Shown here: piece after piece, positions 28,130 through 36,768 of the stretch
How positions within the stretch are numbered: the first letter of the stretch is position 1
Layout: every line of letters begins with the position of its first letter
NCBI GenBank assembly: GCA_965248575.1
Contig: CBDFJQ010000002.1
Location: 2,784,001-2,848,000 of the forward strand
Length of the DNA: 64,000 nt
Direction: 5' to 3'
Source: Planctomycetota bacterium
GTDB taxonomy: Bacteria > Planctomycetota > B15-G4
The notes under the pieces: model-generated
The model's input: only the letters and a program-made list of their open reading frames with translations
The model's database searches: none
What the model was told of the DNA's origin: nothing
Translations under genes and position numbers: made by a program

Positions 28130-28666
28130 TCAGCGGTATGGGCGAATCCCCCGGGCACTGCGGCGCTGGTTCACACCACCCAGGGCCGCGGGCTCCAGCC
28201 GCAGGACACGAAGCAGGCGCGAGGACGTCACGCCCAGGCACTCGGCGGCTGCAGAGGCGTCGTCTTCGTAGGACACCGTCACATCGAGGGCCTCGGCGAT
28301 GAGGCTCGGGACATCGGCATGATGCTCGTTCACCGCGAGGCGGTTGCCTCCGGTGCGCTCGGCCCAGAGCGCCGACGGTTGGTAGGTCTCGACGTTGATG
28401 GGCAAGCGGACGTCCAGGGCGAGCCGCAGCCGCAGTCTGCGCAGGGCCATGCTGCGGTTCTGCTCCAGAGAGCGGCGCTCATTGGCCTCCACCTGCAAGC
28501 CCGTCGGCAGGTGCCGCAGGCGCACGGCCGTCTCCACCTTGTTGCGCCGCTGCCCGCCGGGCCCCGAGGCGCGGTGGCGGCTCTCCTCGACCTGGGCCAA
28601 CAGCTCCGCCTCGGCAAGGCCAGCGGGATGGCGAGTACCCGAAGGCGGCTCGGCGGCGGACGACAT
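28130..28666 (-). CDS. Peptide chain release factor-like peptidyl-tRNA hydrolase domain protein (GGQ)
   Basis: RASGPGGQRRNKVETAVRLRHLPTG..ERRS..QNR..ALRRL; too short to be RF1 or RF2. Confidence 0.85.
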   Translation of the reverse strand: MSSAAEPPSGTRHPAGLAEAELLAQVEESRHRASGPGGQRRNKVETAVRLRHLPTGLQVEANERRSLEQNRSMALRRLRLRLALDVRLPINVETYQPSALWAERTGGNRLAVNEHHADVPSLIAEALDVTVSYEDDASAAAECLGVTSSRLLRVLRLEPAALGGVNQRRSARGIRPYR

Positions 28667-28914
28667 GGCGGGGATCCAGGACGAGGGTGATCGAGGTCGC
28701 GTCCGTGCTTCCACCTGAGTGCGCCGGCTGGAACGACCAGAACGTTCCAGGACATCATGCCCTAGATAGCCCTGGACCAGCGTCGGGCCCCGGGCCGAAG
28801 CTCGGCGGGGCTCGCGATTCCGACTTCTCCCAGGATCCGCTAGGATCACCCACCTTCCGGCGTGGGCCGCCCGCCCACGCCGACCACGATTGCTGCCCCC
28901 CACGAGCCACTCCG

Positions 28915-29400
28915 ATGAAGCCCAAGCCCGGCATTCTCGACGCCCTCCAAGATGTTCTCACCAAGGAGCTGACGGGCATCAATCAGTACTTCATCCACAG
29001 CAAGATGTGCACCAACTGGGGCTACGACCGGCTGGCCAAGTTCCAGTGGGATGAGTCCATGGACGAAATGCGCCACGCCGACAAGATCATCGACCGGATG
29101 CTGCTGCTGGAGGGCGCCCCGAACATGACCCGCTACGACAAGGTCGTGCCGGGCGAGGACCCCAAGTCGATGCTGGAGAACGACCTTGGCTTGGAGATGG
29201 CAGCCATCAAAACCCTCCAGCAGTCCATCAAGACGACCTTCGACCAGTTCGATCATGTCTCGCGTGAGCTCTTCGAGACCATCCTGGCCGACGAAGAGCA
29301 GCACGTGGATTGGCTCGAAGCCCAGCTGGGCAAGATCGACGCCATGGGCATCGAGAACTGGCTCGCCACCCAACAGTACGGTGACGGCGGCGGCGCCTGA
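28915..29400 (+). CDS. bfr: Bacterioferritin
   Basis: ELTGINQYFIH, ESMDEMRHAD (ferroxidase Glu/His and heme-ligand Met), LE and DEEQHVDWLE motifs. Confidence 0.93.
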   Translation: MKPKPGILDALQDVLTKELTGINQYFIHSKMCTNWGYDRLAKFQWDESMDEMRHADKIIDRMLLLEGAPNMTRYDKVVPGEDPKSMLENDLGLEMAAIKTLQQSIKTTFDQFDHVSRELFETILADEEQHVDWLEAQLGKIDAMGIENWLATQQYGDGGGA

Positions 29401-29413
29401 CCTACAGACCCGA

Positions 29414-29440
29414 AACCGGGGCGACGAGTCGCCGCCGGTT
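29414..29440 (+). terminator. Hairpin downstream of bfr (terminator or 3' stabiliser)
   Basis: AACCGG-GGCGA..TCGCC-G-CCGGTT inverted repeat. Confidence 0.4.
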
Positions 29441-29465
29441 GCACACATCTCGACGAGAGCGACAA

Positions 29466-30116
29466 GTGACGGACGTTGATTGGACCCACGTGCTGCTGGT
29501 GCGGCATGGCGAAGTGGCCGAAGAGCACAAGGACACCTTCTACGGCTCTGCTGATGTGCCGCTCTCCGAAGCGGGCGAGATCGCCTCGCCGCTCCTGGCA
29601 GCGAAGATCGTCGAGCGCCACGACCCTCCAGATGGCGTCTGGTGCAGCCCCTTGACCCGCACGCTCGCCGTAGCCGAGCCCCTGGCCGCCATCGCCGGCC
29701 TGGAGGTGGTGGCCGACCCGGGCCTGCTCGAACTCAACCGGGGCAGCTGGACGCACCTCTCCCACACGGACCTGGAGCAGCAGTCGCCGGGAGCCATCGC
29801 CGCCTACCTGGCAGACCCCGAGACGTCCAACGCGCCGGATGGCGAGACCGAGTCCGCCTTCTCCGCGCGCGTGCACGCAACCTTCGACAAGGCCGTCGCC
29901 GCCCACCCGGGCGAGCACCTGGTGGTGGTGGCCCACGGCCACGTGATCCGGGTCATCATGCGCCGCCTGATGGGCTGGGACGTCGCCACCTCGATGCGCA
30001 ACTTCATGCCCTACCATGCCATCGTCGAGATGCGTGGCAAGGGCGACGGCAGCGGGGAGCTGATCGCGGCGCCGGAGGGCATCACGCCCCAGGCCCTGCG
30101 CTTCTCCGAACGCTAG
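29466..30116 (+). CDS. Histidine phosphatase (phosphoglycerate mutase-like) family protein
   Basis: LVRHGE, SPLTR, E...G.W, PDGE and VAHG motifs. Confidence 0.88.
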   Translation: MTDVDWTHVLLVRHGEVAEEHKDTFYGSADVPLSEAGEIASPLLAAKIVERHDPPDGVWCSPLTRTLAVAEPLAAIAGLEVVADPGLLELNRGSWTHLSHTDLEQQSPGAIAAYLADPETSNAPDGETESAFSARVHATFDKAVAAHPGEHLVVVAHGHVIRVIMRRLMGWDVATSMRNFMPYHAIVEMRGKGDGSGELIAAPEGITPQALRFSER

Positions 30117-30199
30117 GCACGCGCCGGCCAGCAGTCTGGGGGCACTCAGCAAACGCGCGGCACCTCCGCGCCCCCACCCTCAGCGTGGGCGCCCGCCGT

Positions 30200-30240
30200 C
30201 AACGAACGAGGGGCCCGGCCGCCGAAACGACCGAGCCCCC
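30200..30240 (-). terminator. Intrinsic terminator-like hairpin for the minus-strand metallopeptidase gene
   Basis: Minus-strand RNA GGGCUCGGUCG-UUUCGG-CGGCCGGGCCC followed by a U-rich UCGUUCGUUG tail. Confidence 0.6.
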
Positions 30241-30286
30241 CGAGTGATCATCCGGCGACTCGCCGGGGATCAGGAACCGCAGCGGA

Positions 30287-32710
30287 TCAGGGCAGGAAGT
30301 CTGCCTGCACCGCGTTGGAGATGGCGAAGCCCTGGGGCTGGCCACCGTCTTCGCTCACGATCTGCACGAAGGCCGAGAACGGACCCCCACCACCGGGAAC
30401 GCCGGGGATGAAGATCTCACCGTTTCCGTCCGTCCCGAGGATCTTCACCACCGTCGGCGGCACCGGAACAACCATACCGCCCACCAGGGGCGTCGGGCTG
30501 TTGGTGAAACCAACGAAGGCGTAGGAGAGCGCGTTGGCCGGACCACCGGTCATGAGCAGATCCGCCGTGGTGCCCGTCGAAAGGTCACCACCACAGATGG
30601 ACAGCACCATGGAACCGGGGCCACCGAAGCCCAGGTCCGTCTGGCAGACCACGTTGAGCACGTCCGGAAGGTCGCGATCGGTGACGGTGATCTGGTTCGT
30701 GACACTGGACATCTGGCCGTTGCTGTCCGTGGCGGTCGCCGTGATCTGGTGCACGCCCACAGACAGGCTAGCCGTGCTGGACTGCCGGCCGCTGCCGATG
30801 GAGCCGTCCAGATCGGACGTCCACTGGATGCTGGCACCGTCGAGGGAGTTGTCCTCAAGGTCCCAACCGGAGCTGTGCAGGATGACCGTGGCACCCACCT
30901 GGAAGCTGAAGCCAGCGTCCGGGTGATACATCTCGATCCAGGGGTCATTGCCACCCACACCAGCAAAGGCCTGACCACCCGTGACGGGCTGGGACTTCAC
31001 GACGGTGGTGTTCAACCCGTCGGTCGCCCGCAGCTCGAAGTAGCCGACGCCGTCCACGAGGCCCGGCAAGTTGCGCAGATCGACGGTCCACTCCGTCTCG
31101 CTGATGGCCGTGGCCAGGGGCGAGAAGTTGGTGCCGTCGTTGGTGTAACGCAGGTAGTAGGCGATCTCGTCACCGTCCAGGTCAGCACCGTTCCAGGACA
31201 CCGTGAGCACGGGGCTGGAGATGGGGCTGGCGTTGGGGCTGACGAAGGCCACTTCCGGAGCGGAGGAGCTACGGGTCAGGGTCACACCCTGCACGTCCGC
31301 GGCACCGGCCTGCTCGAACACCAGACGGTCGATGCGTGCACCGTTGGGGCCCGTGGCAGGGATCTGCGCGTGGAAGTTGATGAGCGGCGACGACGTTGCT
31401 GAGTCAGAACCCGACTCGGCGCAGTCCGTTACACCCGTTGCGGAAACCGCCAACTCCCGGACGGCGTTCTCGCCGACGTAGGAACGCAGCACGAAGTCCG
31501 CAGCGCCACCGACCACAGGGCCGGTCTTCTCGGCGGCAGGCACTTCCACCACGTGGTGCAGCTCGATCCCACCGGTCAACTTGTTCCAGACACCGTTGAC
31601 GAGCAGCGTCGGCGTCTCGTCCACCTGGGTCAACTCAAGCGGCAGCTGATAGGTGTTGTGGTTGAGGAAGAAGTTGTAGTTGTTGCTGCCGACCCAGGCG
31701 ACGGGGGTCAGCAAGCCAGCCACCATGATGTCGTTCTGGGTGAAAGGCTTGAGCTGGCTGAGGCCCTGGGTCTTGTTGAGGTGGTGCTCAACATCGATGC
31801 CGTAGGTGTTCACGATGATGTTGTTGTGAGACAGGCCGTGGTTGTGGCCGATCTCGTGCGCGAAGGTGCGCTGGTGGCGGATGGCCTGGGTGTTGCCCAT
31901 GGAGGCCGGGCCACCGATGGTGGACTGACCGTTGTAGGGCAAGCTGCCGGGCACCCAACCGTAGATGTAGTCCGGGATCGGGCTCATCATCAGGCGGTCG
32001 GCCTGCAACGACGAGATGAGGGCGCTTCCGGAACCGCTCAGCGAGGAAGTCCACAGCTTCGACTCGACGTCGCTGCGGTGGTAGTACCAGTCCTTGGCCG
32101 GGAAGATGCCCTGCACGAAACCGTCGCCGGTCCCAGCTTCGATGAGCAGCGGGTCGGGCAGGTTCGCGCCGCCGCCGGACGGGCGGTAGTCGATGGGCAC
32201 GAAGGTCAGCTCCGGAACCTTCAGCTCCATGAAGTCGAGAGCACCCGTCGCGGTGGTGTTGTTGGCGAGATTCGCCTCGGCGACCTGGTTCGGTCCCTGG
32301 GGATTCACCTCGACCGAGAGCACCACGTTCGCGGAGAGCGGAGGGGTGAAGATGAAGTTGAGGGTACCGTCCTCGATGGAGAGGTCGGGGCCCTGAGCCG
32401 GGTAGGGTCCGTTGTCGGAGAAGATGGGAGAGTCCGCCGTCTCGACGCCGTCCACGAAGACGCGCATGAGGCCATCGACCGGGATCGGGGAGACCGGAAC
32501 CGGGAAGACGCGGATCGACGCGCGCACGTAGGCCGATTTGCCTTCGACCAAGGGCGTGCTGCCGTACTGCACGACCTGAACGACCGAGATGCGGGTGACG
32601 GTGAAGTCCTCCTGCGCAGCCAGGGTGCCGGAGGCCGCAAAGAGGCCCGCGGCAGAGAGCGCCAAGCCGGCAAGGCCGCGACGCGTCTTCGAGTGGAGAG
32701 AATGGGTCAC
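30287..32710 (-). CDS. Secreted metzincin-type zinc metallopeptidase with Ig/FnIII/PKD-like domains and a conserved C-terminal domain
   Basis: Signal peptide; AHEIGHNHGLSH (HExxHxxGxxH) and DIM Met-turn; CAGGAG RBS before GTG 32710. Confidence 0.8.
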   Translation of the reverse strand: MTHSLHSKTRRGLAGLALSAAGLFAASGTLAAQEDFTVTRISVVQVVQYGSTPLVEGKSAYVRASIRVFPVPVSPIPVDGLMRVFVDGVETADSPIFSDNGPYPAQGPDLSIEDGTLNFIFTPPLSANVVLSVEVNPQGPNQVAEANLANNTTATGALDFMELKVPELTFVPIDYRPSGGGANLPDPLLIEAGTGDGFVQGIFPAKDWYYHRSDVESKLWTSSLSGSGSALISSLQADRLMMSPIPDYIYGWVPGSLPYNGQSTIGGPASMGNTQAIRHQRTFAHEIGHNHGLSHNNIIVNTYGIDVEHHLNKTQGLSQLKPFTQNDIMVAGLLTPVAWVGSNNYNFFLNHNTYQLPLELTQVDETPTLLVNGVWNKLTGGIELHHVVEVPAAEKTGPVVGGAADFVLRSYVGENAVRELAVSATGVTDCAESGSDSATSSPLINFHAQIPATGPNGARIDRLVFEQAGAADVQGVTLTRSSSAPEVAFVSPNASPISSPVLTVSWNGADLDGDEIAYYLRYTNDGTNFSPLATAISETEWTVDLRNLPGLVDGVGYFELRATDGLNTTVVKSQPVTGGQAFAGVGGNDPWIEMYHPDAGFSFQVGATVILHSSGWDLEDNSLDGASIQWTSDLDGSIGSGRQSSTASLSVGVHQITATATDSNGQMSSVTNQITVTDRDLPDVLNVVCQTDLGFGGPGSMVLSICGGDLSTGTTADLLMTGGPANALSYAFVGFTNSPTPLVGGMVVPVPPTVVKILGTDGNGEIFIPGVPGGGGPFSAFVQIVSEDGGQPQGFAISNAVQADFLP

Positions 32711-33109
32711 AACGAACTCCTGAGGGATGAATCGAAGTCGGATCGGGCCCGCCAGCCAGCGTGGACCGCCTCCATGGCGACAACCGCGGAGCCAGCCCGG
32801 CAAACCCGACCCAGGACCGTACCCCGGATCCCCCAATCCATCGACCCCCCTTAATGCCGCCCTGTTCCCAGCCCCCATCCCCGCCCCCCCGGCATCCAAC
32901 CTCCACCGACCCCCAAGCCCCCGAGCCCGCTGAATGCCGGGCCAAGGCGAGGTGCTTTCGTGCCGAGGAGCCGTGGGCGGCGTCGGATCAAGGCGGAGGC
33001 CCGGAAGCGAAAGCATCGCTGAGGAGCCGGCAACGGGGGACCCGATAACGCCAGGCCGGCGTCGCCCACGGCCCCTCGCTGCGGAATGACCTCGCCTTGG
33101 CCCGGCGGG

Positions 33110-34405
33110 CTAGTACTTGAGGTAGCCCTCTTCCTCGATCTGCTCGAGGTTCGGGTAGATCAAGTAGCAGTTGCGGCAGCCGCCGTGGGGCGTCTCGGTG
33201 AACACGTGCTTGCGGTACGTCTGGTAGGTCTCACCGTTCCAGATGTCCCGGAAGGACTGCTCCATCATGTTGCCGAAGAAGGGCATGCCCGCAACGCAAC
33301 AGGGCACCACCTCGCCCGCGGTACCGATGTAGACGCGATTCCAGAGGAACCAGCATTTCACGGTGGGCATGCCGGGCGACTTGCGCTTGGGCTTCTTCGC
33401 AGGAGTACCGTCGCGCGAGGCATCTGCACCGCGCTCCAGGATGCCCTCCTCGAGGGCAGCCGGACCTGCGCCTCCCGGGGCAGGAGCCAGCTCAGTCTCC
33501 GCCACGCTCGCGGAGAAGTTCACGCCGCCTGAGCGCACGCCCGCGGCCTCCCGTTCCTCGTCGGGGTCGAGATGGAAGTTGTCGGGCAGGGCGATGCTCA
33601 CACCCAACTCTGCGGCGGCCTGCCGCGTCGCATCCATGTGCTCATTGGCGAAGGCCTTGTGTTCGGTGAGCGACTCATCCTTGAGGGAAGGATGGAAGGC
33701 CACGAGATGGTTGAAGACGATGTGATCTCCACCCAGGCTCTTCACGAGCTTCACGAAGCGCGGCCCCTCGGTCACGGTGCGCTTCATCATGATGTAGTTG
33801 AAGTTCATCCCCGGCCGCTGCTCGACAGGCATCTCCATGCGCGCCTGGGCGAAGCGCGTGATGTTGTCCAGGACCTCATCGAACTCAGCGCCGGTGCGCA
33901 CGGAGTTGTAGGTCTCTCGCGTGGCTCCATCCATGGAGAAGGTCACCAGCTCCAGAGTCTTGAGCAGCTTCTCCCGGAAGCGGCTCTCCTTCATCATGAG
34001 CGTGGCGTTGGAGACCATTTCGAGCTTGGTGTTCGTGCGCTCGAGATCGTCGAGTTTCTGCTCCATGCCCGGCGTCATGAGCGGCTCGCCGAAGGCCGAG
34101 AACTGCACCGTCTTGGCGAAGGGATAGAGCTCGCGCACAACCCGGTCGTACACCGCGTCCTGCATGATCCACTTGGGGCTGTCAGGGTCGAGGAACTGGT
34201 TGCACATGAAGCACTTCAGGTTGCAGACCGTCGTTCCCGTGAGATTGATCCAGCTCGGCATGCCGCGCCCCACCGTCGCCAGGGCGTCGGCGTCCTGCTG
34301 GTTCAGGAGCGCATTGGCATCCTTGAACTCTGGGCTGCCGAAGGGCAGATCGCGCAGTTCATCCGGCAACCAAGCAAGGATGTCGGGGTCGGGCTGCGCG
34401 CTCAT
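33110..34405 (-). CDS. Radical SAM protein with SPASM/twitch domain
   Basis: CNLKCFMC, FGEPL, FSMDG motifs; C-terminal CWFLW..G.VVPCC..GN..IWN..CRNC. Confidence 0.9.
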   Translation of the reverse strand: MSAQPDPDILAWLPDELRDLPFGSPEFKDANALLNQQDADALATVGRGMPSWINLTGTTVCNLKCFMCNQFLDPDSPKWIMQDAVYDRVVRELYPFAKTVQFSAFGEPLMTPGMEQKLDDLERTNTKLEMVSNATLMMKESRFREKLLKTLELVTFSMDGATRETYNSVRTGAEFDEVLDNITRFAQARMEMPVEQRPGMNFNYIMMKRTVTEGPRFVKLVKSLGGDHIVFNHLVAFHPSLKDESLTEHKAFANEHMDATRQAAAELGVSIALPDNFHLDPDEEREAAGVRSGGVNFSASVAETELAPAPGGAGPAALEEGILERGADASRDGTPAKKPKRKSPGMPTVKCWFLWNRVYIGTAGEVVPCCVAGMPFFGNMMEQSFRDIWNGETYQTYRKHVFTETPHGGCRNCYLIYPNLEQIEEEGYLKY

Positions 34406-34705
34406 GCGAGGGTTCCGTGCACTGGCTGGGAGGCAATCCGGGGGATGTCGGGCGGCTCAAGCCGCTTCGGCCCCGGGTCGGGTGGTGGGGAGTCTAGCAC
34501 CCACGCCAGGAGAGCCCAGTCCTGACAGAAGTCCAACGCACGGGCCGTCCGTCCTGGCGGAGAAACACGTCTCCTAGTCTGCAACACAAGAGCACGCCGG
34601 CCTTCCCCCCGAAGAGAGCCGCACGAGCTCGTAGACGAGGCGCGTGCCCCGGAAGCCCACCAGGGCTCAGGAAGAGACCCCGAAAGAGTTGGAGAAGGAG
34701 AGACC

Positions 34706-35815
34706 ATGATTACGACCCTCACCACAAGCGCCCTCGCTCTCATGAGTCTGGTGTCACCATTGGTGTCACCCGGAGACCCCATCGCCTTCGGGCCACCGCA
34801 AACCCAAGCGGGCCCCGCTGGAAACATCGTTGGCGAGACCGTCCTCGTGGACATCGACCACGACGGCGACACCGACCTGCTCCTGCCCTACATCCTCTCG
34901 TCGGACTACGGCGTGTCCCTCAATCAGGGCGGCGCCCTGACTCCCATCTCACTCCGGCCGGCCTTCTTCCTGAACGGCGTCTTCTACCCCACCGACGCCA
35001 ACCTGGACGGCAAGGGCGACCTGGTCGCCAGCTTGGGCTCCAGCCTGCAGACCGCCCTCGGGGCGGGCCACGGGCGGTACGAAGCACCCCTCGCGAGCCC
35101 CGCCGCCCTTCAAACCATGGGCATCGAGGTCGCGGACTTCGATGGGGACGGCATCCCCGACTTCATGGGCAGCCGCGCCATGATCCTCAGCTTCACGGCC
35201 CAGGTGATCTTCCACCGGGGCCTTGGCGACGGCACCTTCGAGCCCGGTGTCTTCCTGGGGCAGACCGGCGTCGGTATCGGGAACAGCGTCACGGGCGATC
35301 TTGACGGGGACGGTCGGCTGGACGTGCTGTCCGGCCTCGGCGTCTTGAGTCTCTCGTCGAAAGTGCGCTCGCTCATCAACCAGGGGGGCGGGTCCTTTGA
35401 CGAAGTGGAGTTCGACTTCGGCGCTGGCACCCTCGCGCTGGGCCTGGAGGACTTCGACGGTGATGGCTTCGGTGACCTGGTGGCCAGCACGGGCGCAGGC
35501 CTGGTCGTCTATCAGGGACACGGCGACGGGACCTTCGAGACCACGGCTTCCGCCACGCTGCCCGCTGGGCGCGTGAGTGTGGCCGACTTCGACGCCGACG
35601 GTGCCCTGGATATCGCCGTGCTGGCGGCGGACGGCGTGGTCAGCTTCTACAGGCAAGCCGCTCCCTTGGCCTTCCGTGCCGCAGGCAGCCTCGCGGGCAT
35701 GGGCAATGCCTCGCAGCTGAGCGCCGTAGACCTTGACGAGGACGGCTATCCGGACTTGGTGGCCAACTCCAACCTGCCGGACTTCACCTGGGCCAGGAAC
35801 CGCAGCCAGCCCTGA
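34706..35815 (+). CDS. Secreted FG-GAP/VCBS repeat protein
   Basis: Seven DxDGDG.xD-type repeats; AGGAGA RBS; signal peptide. Confidence 0.85.
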   Translation: MITTLTTSALALMSLVSPLVSPGDPIAFGPPQTQAGPAGNIVGETVLVDIDHDGDTDLLLPYILSSDYGVSLNQGGALTPISLRPAFFLNGVFYPTDANLDGKGDLVASLGSSLQTALGAGHGRYEAPLASPAALQTMGIEVADFDGDGIPDFMGSRAMILSFTAQVIFHRGLGDGTFEPGVFLGQTGVGIGNSVTGDLDGDGRLDVLSGLGVLSLSSKVRSLINQGGGSFDEVEFDFGAGTLALGLEDFDGDGFGDLVASTGAGLVVYQGHGDGTFETTASATLPAGRVSVADFDADGALDIAVLAADGVVSFYRQAAPLAFRAAGSLAGMGNASQLSAVDLDEDGYPDLVANSNLPDFTWARNRSQP

Positions 35816-35949
35816 CGACCGGCGGCGCCGAAATCCTCACCCTCGAATGACGCCCTCCCATTGGTGAGGATCGCTCCTTCGCGCACGCCCAACGCTTCGA
35901 GCCGACGTCGGTTCACGGGGGCGGGCACGTCGCCCGCCGGAGTGCCCTC

Positions 35950-36768
35950 TTGCCCAAGCGCCGCTACCAGGCCATCAAGGCCTACGACAACGCGCAGTTC
36001 CTCAACAGCCCCGACGGGCGCATGCTGCGCATCATGTCCGAGTACATCGAGCCGCTCGCGCGCTTCAAGGACCTGGACGTCAAAGACACCATCGTGGTGT
36101 TCGGCTCCGCTCGCATCCGTTCCGAGGAAGACGCGAAGGCCGCCTTGCAGGAAGCCAAGGACGAGGGCGGCGACGTCGTGCAAGCCGAACGCGTGCTCAA
36201 GATGTCCAAGTACTACGAGGCAGCGCGCAAGCTGTCGTTCCGGCTGACGGAATGGAGCAAGTCGCTACCCGAAGAGAATGGCCGGCGCTTCGTGATCTGC
36301 TCAGGCGGCGGCCCGGGCATCATGGAGGCTTCCAACCGCGGCGCGTCCGAAGCCAAGGGCCTCAACGTGGGCCTCAACATCTCGCTGCCGTTCGAGCAGA
36401 ACGACAACCCGTACATCACGCGCGAGCTGTCCTTCGAATTCCATTACTTCTTCATGCGCAAGTTCTGGTTCACCTACCTGGCCAAGGCGATGATCGTCAT
36501 GCCGGGTGGCTTCGGGACCCTGGACGAGTTCATGGAGACGGTGACGCTCGTGCAGACGCTGAAGATCAAGAAGCCTCTACCCATCGTGCTGTTCGGCAAG
36601 GAGTTCTGGAGCAAGGTTCTGCACTTCGAGCCCTTGATCGAAGCGGGCACCATCAGCCCGACGGACCCCGACCTCTTCTTCCAGACGGACTCGGTGGACG
36701 AGGCCTACGAGTTCATCGTGCAGAAGCTCACGGAGCAGGGGCTGGAGGTCACCGAGCCGGCGCTCTAG
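35950..36768 (+). CDS. LOG family (TIGR00730-like) nucleotide phosphoribohydrolase
   Basis: VFGSAR, GGGPGIMEA.NRGA, FHYFFMRK and PGGFGTLDE motifs. Confidence 0.9.
   Translation: MPKRRYQAIKAYDNAQFLNSPDGRMLRIMSEYIEPLARFKDLDVKDTIVVFGSARIRSEEDAKAALQEAKDEGGDVVQAERVLKMSKYYEAARKLSFRLTEWSKSLPEENGRRFVICSGGGPGIMEASNRGASEAKGLNVGLNISLPFEQNDNPYITRELSFEFHYFFMRKFWFTYLAKAMIVMPGGFGTLDEFMETVTLVQTLKIKKPLPIVLFGKEFWSKVLHFEPLIEAGTISPTDPDLFFQTDSVDEAYEFIVQKLTEQGLEVTEPAL

Noticed and set aside
29414..30271. REP-like repeat family from two hairpins sharing a GGCGA..TCGCC core (29414-29440 and 30246-30271)
   Set aside because: Only two dissimilar GC-rich copies; more simply 3' hairpins.
34402..34872. Possible RiPP precursor next to the radical SAM gene
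   Set aside because: Overlaps the divergent FG-GAP gene antisense; no leader/core pattern.
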